This document shows positions 29,213-38,864 of a DNA stretch of 64,000 nucleotides, one piece after another. Source of the DNA: Candidatus Poribacteria bacterium (GTDB lineage: Bacteria; Poribacteria; WGA-4E; PCPOR2b); NCBI GenBank assembly GCA_965208675.1, contig OZ242351.1:4320001-4384000 (forward strand), read 5' to 3'. Both the position numbers and the translations under genes were made by a program. The notes under the pieces are model-generated. The model saw only the letters and a program-made list of their open reading frames with translations, did no database searches and was not told the origin of the DNA. Every line of letters begins with the position of its first letter. Positions within the stretch are counted from its first letter, which is position 1.

Positions 29213-30940
29213 CTACCAGCGGACAACTTCATTGGGAATGAAATAGGTCCGGGCGATTTCCGATACGCCGATTTGTACCGGCTTGCCTTGCCACATCGGC
29301 CCAATATTTCCGGGCGGGTCGAAGTCGACGACTTCGTTTCCACGCAAGGTGACGGTTGCCTCAATGTGCCCCACCTGCATCCGCACCGTGTGCTCCGGTA
29401 AATCAAAGGTCAAAAGAAGTTCCTCTCCAACCGAACGCTGCGATATTGTCGCGTACGGCCCGTCAATGTTGAATGCTACCGATTCTCCAGATGGTCTGGA
29501 CGTGATGGCTAGCGATCTGGGGTTTAGCCATGAGGGCATACGAACCCGTAGGTTTGCCCGCTTCTTCATCTGGATACTCACCCTACCCGCATACGGTAGG
29601 TCGCTGGTTACGTCCGCAAATTTGGACGCTCGATTCATCAGCAGTTCGACCGTTACACGCTCCGGTTCCTCGTTTAGCATGCGACACCAAACGAAGTAGA
29701 GGGCTCGCGACGAATTCGCGACACAGCACTGGGTGATGCCCGGATTCCATACACGGAACTCATTGGGGCTTGCCCAAGCCGCAAAATTACCCACGAGCCG
29801 TTCGGGAACCTGCTGAATCTCATCCATCTCCGGATCAATCGGCGTCTTTGGTACGGATAAGAGTGATTCCTCTATCCACCGAGAACTCGTCAACTGGCAT
29901 TCGGTCAGCATATTTCTCACGTAACAATCTACGTGTTCCCAATAGTCCCCGATTCCCGCTTCAGTCAGCTTAAGCGCGGTTCCAGTCATTGCGGCGGTAT
30001 CGCACGCCTCGCAGTTGATAACGCCGCCGCGGTCTTGGGGCCACTCGAGATATTCCGGGAAAAAGCCAATCTCTGGAGCGCCGTGTGTCCTGGCAAATTT
30101 GTAGCCCTTTCTGGCGAACTCCGCAAACTCTCGATCGCCCGAAACGAGGGTATATTCAGAAAGCACGAGAAGTCCATTCGCGTGACAGTAGAAATGTATG
30201 GCAGATTTTGGCCCCAAATAACCCTCATGGCGCGCCAAAAATCGGCCATCCTCGTCGAAATACTCTGCATGGTAACGTATGAATCGGGCAAGTTGTCCGG
30301 CAAGATTCGCTGCAACTTCGTCGCCCGTTTCCCGAACGAACGCACATAGCCCCTGGAGCAGATAGACGCTGTGACGCGCCGGCCACCCTTTCGCATGCTC
30401 GATGCCCATGTACTCCGGGCGTCTCCCCGACTGCGTCGCCGGACGGTAGTTCAAGTCATATTTCGCCGGGATATAAGCGTAGTCATCTATCTTAGGACAA
30501 ATCGCGTCAAGGCGTTCAACCACGCGCTGTCCAGTTTCCAACCATGCTGGATCGCTTGTGAGTCGGTAATGGAGGGCAATAGCACATAGGCTGCGGCCCA
30601 TGTACACCGGATGAAGATGTCCAATACCATCGCGACGTGCATGAAGCCATTTAATCCAAGCCGCATCGACATCCATGTTGGCTAGATTGCCTGTCATCAA
30701 TCGGTTAAGCAGGAGCGGCTCGGAGAGCTTCCCCTGTGCTGATTCCCATGTGTGACTGATTCGCGGCGGGTTCACGATGATATTGCCGCGAAAGTAGGTG
30801 TCGTAATTCCGCCGCGGATTGACGCTGCGCGTGATGGCGTGTAGCGCAAGTTCAGCGCGGTACGCTAAATCGAGTGTATCGGGAACAACCCGAAGCTCGT
30901 AAAGCCCCTCGGGGATAGGTAAGGTTGATGAAGTATGCAT
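29213..30940 (-). CDS. GH127/GH146-like (beta-L-arabinofuranosidase-like) glycoside hydrolase
   Basis: HFYCHA, CEACD and QCCVAN motifs matching the E-x-C and CC-x-x-N Zn/Cys site; C-terminal SDLPYAG.V..RVRMPSW beta-sandwich. Confidence 0.6.
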   Translation of the reverse strand: MHTSSTLPIPEGLYELRVVPDTLDLAYRAELALHAITRSVNPRRNYDTYFRGNIIVNPPRISHTWESAQGKLSEPLLLNRLMTGNLANMDVDAAWIKWLHARRDGIGHLHPVYMGRSLCAIALHYRLTSDPAWLETGQRVVERLDAICPKIDDYAYIPAKYDLNYRPATQSGRRPEYMGIEHAKGWPARHSVYLLQGLCAFVRETGDEVAANLAGQLARFIRYHAEYFDEDGRFLARHEGYLGPKSAIHFYCHANGLLVLSEYTLVSGDREFAEFARKGYKFARTHGAPEIGFFPEYLEWPQDRGGVINCEACDTAAMTGTALKLTEAGIGDYWEHVDCYVRNMLTECQLTSSRWIEESLLSVPKTPIDPEMDEIQQVPERLVGNFAAWASPNEFRVWNPGITQCCVANSSRALYFVWCRMLNEEPERVTVELLMNRASKFADVTSDLPYAGRVSIQMKKRANLRVRMPSWLNPRSLAITSRPSGESVAFNIDGPYATISQRSVGEELLLTFDLPEHTVRMQVGHIEATVTLRGNEVVDFDPPGNIGPMWQGKPVQIGVSEIARTYFIPNEVVRW

Positions 30941-31225
30941 ACTGCTGACCCCCTTTCAAAGGATTTGATTCGGCAATCTTCTGATAAAATTTGTTAACCG
31001 CGTGAGATACTTTCCACTCTCAAAATGTTTGCTTCGGCTATTTTGTGCAGGAATTGTAGCGAGGAATACGTGTAACCAGTTTATAAAGACATATCCTCAA
31101 CTGTTTTAGCATTGCTTATCCATAAAAAAGGTTTCACGTTAAACGATTTTTCAGCTAAAGCGTCAAATTGACATGATGCTAATTTATTGACCATGTTTTC
31201 CAAAAAGAATAAGGAGAATGAAACA

Positions 31226-31819
31226 ATGGAAATGCGAAACTGGCCGCACAAGCATTGGATTTATGAATCTGTTGTGTTCTTGTTTATACTTTCACTCATT
31301 GGCTGCGACGCCCTGGAACAGGCGCAGCAACGGCGGAATAAACGACTTAATCCGAACTTTACCCAACAGAATCCGCCTTCAAGTGTTCAAAGCGCAACAA
31401 CTTCGCTCACCAATCAACCCGCGCCATCCTTCACGTTGCAGGATTTAAACGGTAATCAGGTGAGTCTGGCAGATTTCAAAGGCAAGCCAGTTATTTTAAA
31501 CTTCTGGACGACTTCGTGAGGGCCATGTCGTGTGGAGGTTCCACACTTGAACAGGCTATACCAGAAATACAAAGATCAAGGGCTAGTGGTCATTGGTGTG
31601 AGCAGTGAACCAGATTCTAGAGTGAAAAGTTTTGTGCAACGGACACCAATCGCTTATACCATCCTGTTGAACGGGCAGGCTCAATTTCAGGCATACAGTG
31701 TGCAGGGTGTCCCATCCACCTATTATATTGATAAAGAGGGCATTGTGCGCTACCGTGAGGTTGGCTTTGGACCCGGCGGCGAGATAGCCATAGAGCAGAA
31801 GATAAAGGAACTCCTTTAA
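31226..31819 (+). CDS. TlpA/ResA-like thiol-disulfide oxidoreductase, selenocysteine-containing (Sec at TGA 31517-31519), probable lipoprotein
   Basis: ORFs 31187-31519 and 31532-31819 are in the same frame; read-through gives [23 protein letters not shown]...[14 protein letters not shown]; SECIS-like hairpin follows. Confidence 0.85.
31530..31546 (+). promoter_or_regulatory. Bacterial SECIS-like hairpin
   Basis: GTGTGGA-GGT-TCCACAC; G-starting apical loop 18 nt after the UGA. Confidence 0.75.
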
Positions 31820-31890
31820 CTACGCCCATCAATAGAACAATTTATCCGCAAACGTTTGAGAATTTGTAAATTGAATGAAAAGGTACCGCC

Positions 31891-32721
31891 TTAGAATTCT
31901 GGATATCCTTCTGTGTCCAATTCAGGAGACTCCGGTGGTTGAGAAATTATGTCCGCCGATTCATTTCCAGTTACTTCAATTTCGACGATTCGGGCGGTAC
32001 TCTTTTCTATCACGCTACCAAACGTGCGATTCACTACCTTTCGGTCATTGCTGCGATACACGACAAATTGAACCTTAGTGATTTTCATTGGGGAAAACCT
32101 GAACTCAATTTTGCCGCCAGCCGGTTTTCCATAGGAGGCCTGAGTCCTATACTCAATCTTTCCGGTTTTAATTCGACCTAAGGTTTCCCACCGTTTTTCG
32201 CGCCAAACTCTGAGAAGTCCCGAATAAATGCCAAATTTCGAAGCTGGATACTCGGATGAATCCAGTGTGTAAATCACAATCCGATTGACCCGTTTTGGTT
32301 CAGGAAAATGCACTTCAATCCAAGCGCAACCTTGTGATTCCCCGGGTATGTTGTCATCGAACGGATTTAGGAAGGGGTTGTAGCCGTGAATCCGTTCAAA
32401 TTGAAATTCCCAACCGTCCCCCTTGTCCCAATTTTCTGAGGAAGAAATACCGTTAATAGCCGTTGCGGCGTCATGTCCTGGGGTAGAGGTTGAAGTTATG
32501 GAGTATTCGATGCCGTCGTGAGTGGAATCGATCATGGATTGAACCCTATGTCCGGGTGTTCCCATTGAAGCAATAACTGTGGCGCCGTTTTCTGCGGTTG
32601 CATAGTCGAGTAGCTTTTTGTCCCATGCAACTTCCGGTATCACTTGCGAGAGGCAGCCAATCCCACCAACAGATACCAAAAACACAATCCAAATCCTAAC
32701 CAAAGCGTATAGGCTTTTCAT
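31891..32721 (-). CDS. Hypothetical lipoprotein with discoidin-like domain
   Basis: GIG-C lipobox-like site; WIEVHFPEPKRVNRIVIY, ARIVEIEV; GGAGG RBS. Confidence 0.6.
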   Translation of the reverse strand: MKSLYALVRIWIVFLVSVGGIGCLSQVIPEVAWDKKLLDYATAENGATVIASMGTPGHRVQSMIDSTHDGIEYSITSTSTPGHDAATAINGISSSENWDKGDGWEFQFERIHGYNPFLNPFDDNIPGESQGCAWIEVHFPEPKRVNRIVIYTLDSSEYPASKFGIYSGLLRVWREKRWETLGRIKTGKIEYRTQASYGKPAGGKIEFRFSPMKITKVQFVVYRSNDRKVVNRTFGSVIEKSTARIVEIEVTGNESADIISQPPESPELDTEGYPEF

Positions 32722-33154
32722 GCCAAGCCTCCCTGATATTGGATCGCCGAAGCGGTTATCTCAACAAAACAGTGTTGGAATATTAATATAGGTACTTTGG
32801 AATGTCAAGTAAACGTCTGGTGCATGCTGTCTATCTTATAACACTTGGTGTAGGTGAGGACGCGATTTTTGCGGCTTGGTAACTTAGACAAAGCCGCGGT
32901 TAGAAAACGTCTGATTACGGCTGTGAGCGATTGAATAGGGGTAGGACACAAAGAGGTTTGACTTAACCTGCGATAGCGGTTTGCCTTTCTACGTAAACTT
33001 CAAAGTGACATCAGACCTCAATAAGGCATTGCCGGAGCTATTTCAAGACAACTGCGATGATAATGGCCGGTTGGACGAAAAATTGAAACGATGGGGAAAA
33101 TTTGGTAGTGATGATTGGGTGTTGCCTTGTCGTGAAATTTTCACTTCAACAAGT

Positions 33155-33787
33155 TTACCCTTTACTCGGTTGGTAGTAGGGATTTGTACCTGCGGCGTGA
33201 TCCGTGGTATCTACGATTTGAGTAATCTCCGGGAATACATCCTTAATCATTGATTCAATCCCGTGCTTCAATGTGACATTCGCCATGCCGCAACCCTGAC
33301 ATCCGCCTCCCATGTGTATGTAGATTGAATCATCCTTGACGTCCAAAAGGTCAATATGCCCGCCGTGCGCTGCCACCGCGGGATTAATCTGTTCGTCAAT
33401 GAGTTCCTGAATCTTTTGAGCTTTGGCGTTATCCCAAGTTGGCGTGTTTGGATTCTCAACATTAAAACCGCTCGAATTCAGGTTTTCCACATAGTCAATG
33501 GTCGCGCCCTTCAGATTTTCAGCGCTCTCCGGATCAATTAAAACCTTGAAGTCGCCGCAGTCAACGACGACATCGTCCGGAGCTGCCTCTTCTTCAAGCC
33601 CTAGCCCGTATTGGAAGGCAGACGCTGTACGTCCTTCAATGGAAATTCGGAGACCTTCAACTTTTGCCTCTTGTCCATCAATAATCGAATTTACCTTTTG
33701 CCTTGCAGCGTCGGTAACCGAGATGGAAAAACCCCCGTCCCCTGCGTCGGGCTGTTTCATCCTTAGCTTATTCAGCAGATTTTTCAT
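33155..33787 (-). CDS. nfuA: NfuA-type Fe-S cluster carrier (degenerate A-type domain + NifU-C)
   Basis: LKGATIDY....SGFNVENPN; INPAVAAHGG; GGGCQGC; DTTDH. Confidence 0.88.
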   Translation of the reverse strand: MKNLLNKLRMKQPDAGDGGFSISVTDAARQKVNSIIDGQEAKVEGLRISIEGRTASAFQYGLGLEEEAAPDDVVVDCGDFKVLIDPESAENLKGATIDYVENLNSSGFNVENPNTPTWDNAKAQKIQELIDEQINPAVAAHGGHIDLLDVKDDSIYIHMGGGCQGCGMANVTLKHGIESMIKDVFPEITQIVDTTDHAAGTNPYYQPSKG

Positions 33788-33913
33788 TGTCTTTGAAACA
33801 TTCCGTAGAGAATGCTCTCTCCTTTCGTAGTATGGGAAGTCAAATTTAAAACATGCCGCGGCGCGAAAGCGAATTCCTTCCCGGTAAACCAGTGGTTTTC
33901 GATGGCTGAATTG

Positions 33914-34879
33914 CTACGCTGCAGATCTACACAGGGGTTTGGCCAGCAAACGAAGTTCGCCGTTTTCGTCATACAAACGCTGAAGCCGGGCGATAGCTTC
34001 CGCTTCCAATTGGCGAATGCGCTCTCGTGTAACGTTTAGTTTCTCTCCGATTTCAAGTAAGGTCCTCTCCTCACCATCTTCAAGGCCGAACCTCATTCGT
34101 AGAACGGCTCGCTCTCTTGCCTTTAATTTGCCAAGCAGCGAATCCACTAAATCTCGATCAATCAGTTCTGAAATCAACCCAACCTCCGGGTTTGCCTCCG
34201 AGTCTTCGATCAAATCTCCCAAACTATTCGCGTCTCTTTCATCGGTCAGAGGCAACTCTAACGACAGAATCTCCGAGTTGAATTCGAGAATTTCTTCGAT
34301 CTGTTTATCGGTAAATTCAAGTGATTTGGATAATTCTTCAACTGTTGGCTCCCGTTGCAAATCCTGACTCAGGTTCGCATAAGTCGAGTCAATTTTATTG
34401 ACTTTCGCAACGATATAGGAAGGCAGCCGAATTGAACGAGAACAATTATCTAGCGTTCTCATTATGGCTTGTCTAATCCACCAAATGGCATATGTACTAA
34501 ACTTAAAGCCTTTACGGTAATCGAATTTATTTACCGCTTTCATTAATCCAATATTACCCTCTTGAATGAGATCTTCCAAGGGAACATTGTGCCCTTGGTA
34601 TTTTAGCGCTACGGAAATTACTAACCGCAAGTTTGCCTGAATCAATTCACTACGAGCTGACTCATCCGCTTCTTCAATTCGTTTGGCAAGCTCTATTTCT
34701 TCTTCCCGGGATAAAAGTTCATGATGCGACGCTTCGCGCAACCAGCTACTTAGCGCATCAACCTGAGTGCTGCTCGATTCATCGTCTGCTAACGCGGTTA
34801 TCCATTCCTCGTCGCCCTCCACATACGCTTCTTCTGCCTCCTCAACCAAGGTCTTTCCCCGGACATTATTTTCGGTCAT
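33914..34879 (-). CDS. RpoD/RpoS-family sigma-70 factor (lacks region 1.1)
   Basis: LLSREEEIELA, ANLRLVISVA, DLIQEGNIGLMKAV.KFDYRKGFKFSTYA.WWIRQAI, VTRERIRQLE. Confidence 0.92.
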   Translation of the reverse strand: MTENNVRGKTLVEEAEEAYVEGDEEWITALADDESSSTQVDALSSWLREASHHELLSREEEIELAKRIEEADESARSELIQANLRLVISVALKYQGHNVPLEDLIQEGNIGLMKAVNKFDYRKGFKFSTYAIWWIRQAIMRTLDNCSRSIRLPSYIVAKVNKIDSTYANLSQDLQREPTVEELSKSLEFTDKQIEEILEFNSEILSLELPLTDERDANSLGDLIEDSEANPEVGLISELIDRDLVDSLLGKLKARERAVLRMRFGLEDGEERTLLEIGEKLNVTRERIRQLEAEAIARLQRLYDENGELRLLAKPLCRSAA

Positions 34880-34955
34880 TTCCTTTATTCCCCTCAATCC
34901 GATTTCCGCTCCATTTGAGTATTTTCCATGATCTGCTTCTCACCTAAACGCAGGA

Positions 34956-34984
34956 ATAATATCATCTTATCTAAGTTTAGTCAA
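34956..34984 (-). promoter_or_regulatory. Promoter of the sigma-nfuA unit
   Basis: Minus strand TTGACT-17 bp-TATTAT. Confidence 0.65.
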
Positions 34985-35011
34985 GTAAATAACTTAAAAA
35001 ATCATTTTAAC

Positions 35012-35040
35012 TTGTAAATTTTGACTTTTGTTGATATAAT
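35012..35040 (+). promoter_or_regulatory. Promoter of the SufR-like regulator
   Basis: TTGTAA-17 bp-TATAAT in an AT-rich spacer, divergent from the previous promoter. Confidence 0.6.
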
Positions 35041-35067
35041 CTAAATACGTAAATTGAAGGAGGTGCC

Positions 35068-35703
35068 ATGGTGAAATCGCTACCGAAGGAAACACGGGGA
35101 GAGATTGTTTCTCTATTGAAAAAGAGCGATGGTATGACTGCGGGCGAAATCGCTACGAAATTAGACCTCCATTCAATGACGGTTCGTCAGCATCTAACCG
35201 TTCTGGAGCGCGAGGGTTATATCCAATACAACCGAGAGAAAATCGGGCGGGGTAGGCCGACGTATGTATATCGCTTAGCAGAAGGGGCTGAAAGGTTATT
35301 TCCTAGCAACTATCCGCGATTCACGATGGGTATCTTGGATGCATTAGTTATGGTGGATGGTGCAGAGAAGGTCGACCAGATTCTTGCTTACGACATGGAA
35401 GCAAAGATTTCAACACACTTTAAAAACATTGAGGAAAAGAGTTTAGAACGAAGGGTCGAAATGCTCGTGGATTTCTTGAATGAGGAGGGCTACATGGTTG
35501 AGGTTGAAGAAACGCCAACGGCTTTCATCATGAAAGAGCATAATTGTGCGCTCGGTTCGGTGGTTGAAAAGTACAATCAGCTCTGTCAGCAAGAACTGTC
35601 TCTTTTCGAAAGGTTACTCAGTGTTCCGGTTGAACGGCAATGCCACATGGTTACGGGCGATCACCTCTGCAGCTATAAGATTTCCAAAGTGGGCAACGCA
35701 TAG
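35068..35703 (+). CDS. SufR-like (ArsR/DeoR-type wHTH) transcriptional regulator
   Basis: TVRQHL..LE.EG, GRGRP..VY.L, LFP.NY; C-terminal Cys set HNC...LC..E...C.....C.Y. Confidence 0.8.
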   Translation: MVKSLPKETRGEIVSLLKKSDGMTAGEIATKLDLHSMTVRQHLTVLEREGYIQYNREKIGRGRPTYVYRLAEGAERLFPSNYPRFTMGILDALVMVDGAEKVDQILAYDMEAKISTHFKNIEEKSLERRVEMLVDFLNEEGYMVEVEETPTAFIMKEHNCALGSVVEKYNQLCQQELSLFERLLSVPVERQCHMVTGDHLCSYKISKVGNA

Positions 35704-35768
35704 CGTGCGTGAAAACTACAAACTATACATCGCTCCGTCCACACTCCAATCTTCCAAGGATTATTCTC

Positions 35769-36938
35769 TTACCCCAGCGCTTTGCGAATCCGAGCAAGCG
35801 CCTCTTCCAATCGTAAATCGGGAACCGTCAGTGCGACCCGAAAATAGCCTTCACCAAACTCACCGTAGGCTGAACCAGCCGTAATGACAACTGCGGCTTT
35901 CTCAAAGATAAACGTCGCAAAGTCGATCGAATTCATCTCCTTTGGAGTCGGCAACCAGAGGTAAAATGTCCCCTTTGGCGGCGCGTAGCTATCCGGGACA
36001 ATATCCTTGAAGGTATGCAGGATTTTCTCACGGCGCCGCGCATATATTTGCAACATTTGCCCGATGTTATCCTGGCATTGGGACAACGCCGCAATTCCAG
36101 CATATTGAATAGCGTTAAAGACCCCAGAATCGGTATTTTCCTTGACCTTGGCAATTCCAGAAATGAGTTCTTCGTTGCCCATCGCCATACCGATTCGCCA
36201 GCCGGTCATGTTGAACGGTTTCGACAGTGAGTTGAGTTCAACCCCCACATCTATTGCGCCCGGAGTCGATAGAAAACTCAGCGGCTCAGCATCGTCAAAC
36301 ACGATTTCGCTGTACGGATTATCGTGGCAAATTGCAATTTCGTATGTTTTTGCAAATTCGACGACCTCGGCGAAGAATTCTGGCGTTGCGATTGCGCCGG
36401 TAGGATTGTTCGGGTAATTCAGGAACATCGCCGTCGAGCGTTTAGCTGCATCTGGCGGGATTTCTGCTAGCCTTGGAAGAAACCCGTTGTCTACGGTAAT
36501 AGGCACATTATACGGCTCGGCTTCCGCCATCAAAATGCTCGCGCGGTAAGCCGGATACCCTGGATCTGTCATCAACACCGTATCGCCGGGATTAACAACA
36601 GCCAAAATAAAATGATGGCATCCCTCCTTAGAGCCGATTAAGCCCAACACTTCGCGTTCCGGGTCTAAATCAGTGTTGTATCTGGCCGTATACCAATCTG
36701 CGACGGCTTCCCGATACGCAAACATTCCTTTTTCTTCGTCCGTTGGATAACGGTGGTTAGCTGCTTCTGCAGCCGATCGATTGAGTGCGTCAATGACCGG
36801 TTGGGGCGTTGGTTCAACCGGATCCCCGACCGCGAGGCTGATGACATCAATTCCCTCGGCTTTTGCCTTGTTGATTTTGTTGCGCAATTCCATGAACAGA
36901 TAAGGCGGAATCCTCTTTAAACGGTTCGCAATCTGCAT
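35769..36938 (-). CDS. dapL: LL-diaminopimelate aminotransferase
   Basis: PPYLF, LIGSKEG, LNYPNNPTG, SLSKPFNMTGWRIG, KENTDSG. Confidence 0.85.
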   Translation of the reverse strand: MQIANRLKRIPPYLFMELRNKINKAKAEGIDVISLAVGDPVEPTPQPVIDALNRSAAEAANHRYPTDEEKGMFAYREAVADWYTARYNTDLDPEREVLGLIGSKEGCHHFILAVVNPGDTVLMTDPGYPAYRASILMAEAEPYNVPITVDNGFLPRLAEIPPDAAKRSTAMFLNYPNNPTGAIATPEFFAEVVEFAKTYEIAICHDNPYSEIVFDDAEPLSFLSTPGAIDVGVELNSLSKPFNMTGWRIGMAMGNEELISGIAKVKENTDSGVFNAIQYAGIAALSQCQDNIGQMLQIYARRREKILHTFKDIVPDSYAPPKGTFYLWLPTPKEMNSIDFATFIFEKAAVVITAGSAYGEFGEGYFRVALTVPDLRLEEALARIRKALG

Positions 36939-37115
36939 ATTTTCTCCCAGACGTTTGTTGAATTTGGTGTTATGAAATGTTTTTTTTGCCGATTTTACTT
37001 GCTTTTGACAATTAATACGCCGGATTTTTTGCAAAATAAAACTTCACGGCATGTCGAAGTGTATTTTAAGGGAAAGGTCGTGCGTTCTCTTGCATCTGCC
37101 CCTGCGAGGCTGACA

Positions 37116-37958
37116 TCAAATGTCTACGAATTCGGCTTCCACGGAATTTTTGATGATTCCAGATTTATAGCCGCGGCGCAGCAATTCTTTGACGCCGGCT
37201 CTGCCCTTCTCGCCGTAGTCAAGGGTGTAGTCGTTGACATACATACCGACAAATCGATCCGTAAGTTTAGTTTCCATATCACGTGCAAAGGTCATTGCAT
37301 ACGCCAATCCCTGTTCGCGATGTTCCAGCGCGTATTGGATGCTCTGCTTAAGGAGCGATGTAATCTGTTGGATGTCCTCGTCCCCGATATTTCGGCGGAT
37401 TGCATTAGCGCCCAGCGGAAGCGGCAACCCGGTTTCCTCGAACCACCATTCCCCCAGATCTGCAACTTTGCACAATCCTTCGCGTGAATACGTCAGTTGG
37501 CCCTCGTGTATGATCAAACCGGCATCGGCACGTCCGTCTTGGACAAATTCCAATATTTGGTCGAATCGGACTACTTCGGGTTGGAAGTCCGGTTGGAAAA
37601 GACGCATCGTCAGATAGGCTGTTGTCATCTTGCCGGGAATCGCGACTTTTTTGCCGGCAAGTTCACCTCTCGACATGGGTTCTCTAGAGACGACTAGCGG
37701 ACCGTACTGGTCGCCGATGCTTGCGCCGCAGGGCGTCAAAACGTAGTGTTCTGCGACGTAAGCGTAAGCGTGAACAGAAATCGCCGTAACCTCCAATTCC
37801 GCATTGAGCGCACGGCGGTTTAAGCTCTCAATGTCTTCAATAACGTGCACAATCTCAAGATTGTTGGTAGGGATAAGTCCTTCGGCGAGGGCATAAAACA
37901 TGAAGGCATCATCGGAATCAGGGCTGTGACCAATTCGAATTTTTTCAGTTTGCTGCAT
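37116..37958 (-). CDS. mqnD: 1,4-dihydroxy-6-naphthoate synthase (futalosine pathway)
   Basis: GHSPDSDDAFMFYAL, DIESLN, IIHEGQLTY, LPLPLG, MYVN. Confidence 0.88.
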   Translation of the reverse strand: MQQTEKIRIGHSPDSDDAFMFYALAEGLIPTNNLEIVHVIEDIESLNRRALNAELEVTAISVHAYAYVAEHYVLTPCGASIGDQYGPLVVSREPMSRGELAGKKVAIPGKMTTAYLTMRLFQPDFQPEVVRFDQILEFVQDGRADAGLIIHEGQLTYSREGLCKVADLGEWWFEETGLPLPLGANAIRRNIGDEDIQQITSLLKQSIQYALEHREQGLAYAMTFARDMETKLTDRFVGMYVNDYTLDYGEKGRAGVKELLRRGYKSGIIKNSVEAEFVDI

Positions 37959-38214
37959 GTCTTCTCCGATTAAACTCCAGAAAGTCAGGAAATTTCGTAA
38001 TATTCGTGACGTTAACGTTCGAAAATCCGGGCTGATTATAGCAGACGGAGACATTTGTGTCAAGACCTAACCGGGCGGGAACGTAGTCCGGGATGCTTAG
38101 CATTGACAGTATCTATTTGGATATGCCAAAATATAAATTATTGACACAGCTTTCGGCGTTATTTTCCGATTAAACGCCGCACATCGAGTAAAGGACAGGT
38201 AGGTAAGAGGTTGA

Positions 38215-38784
38215 ATGAAAATCTACACAAAAACCGGTGACACAGGCGATACAGGACTTTATGGCGGCCAGCGGATCTCCAAGGACGCCAAGCGGGTAGA
38301 GGCGTTCGGCACGATTGATGAAATCAATGCTTGCATAGGGTTCGCGGAATCGCAGATTGAAGACGAGGAAACCTGTACAATCCTGGCTGGCATCCAGAAT
38401 GATCTCTTCGATCTCGGCGCAGATCTCGCGACGCCGAATGCACACCGAAGAGCGGAAGGTCTGAGAATTACTTCAGATTTGACGGTTTCATTGGAGCAAA
38501 TGATAGATAGATTTCAAGAAATACTTCCGCCTATGAGGCATTTTATTTTACCGGGCGGGACCGAGGGCGCCGCCGTGCTGCACCTCGCTCGAACGGTGTG
38601 CCGGCGCGGTGAGCGCTGCGTTGTCAACCTTGCAAAAACGGAATCAGTTAACCCGGAAATCTTGCGGTACTTGAACCGGCTTTCAGATTTTCTGTTTGTG
38701 CTTGCCCGCCTCGTAAACCACCGCAGCGGGATTCCTGAACCAGTTTGGCGTTCTCGGTTAGAGCGAGTTGAAGAGGACTCGTGA
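38215..38784 (+). CDS. pduO: ATP:cob(I)alamin adenosyltransferase, PduO type
   Basis: KIYTKTGD.G.T, GTIDE.N, FILPGG, RTVCRR.ER, YLNRLSD. Confidence 0.93.
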   Translation: MKIYTKTGDTGDTGLYGGQRISKDAKRVEAFGTIDEINACIGFAESQIEDEETCTILAGIQNDLFDLGADLATPNAHRRAEGLRITSDLTVSLEQMIDRFQEILPPMRHFILPGGTEGAAVLHLARTVCRRGERCVVNLAKTESVNPEILRYLNRLSDFLFVLARLVNHRSGIPEPVWRSRLERVEEDS

Positions 38785-38864
38785 GTATTGTTTAATCGTT
38801 GGCAGTATGGGCGCCGTTCTGACCGAGGCGAATTTACCGAAATTCCGGCATGTAAAGCATTGGT

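Noticed and set aside
31187-31819. Pseudogene or two separate small genes
   Set aside because: The in-frame TGA at the catalytic Cys position plus a SECIS-like hairpin is better explained by selenocysteine.
32750-33150. Possible ncRNA or REP remnant (GTAGG...GCGGCTT...AAGCCGC)
   Set aside because: Single degenerate hairpin with too little support to classify.
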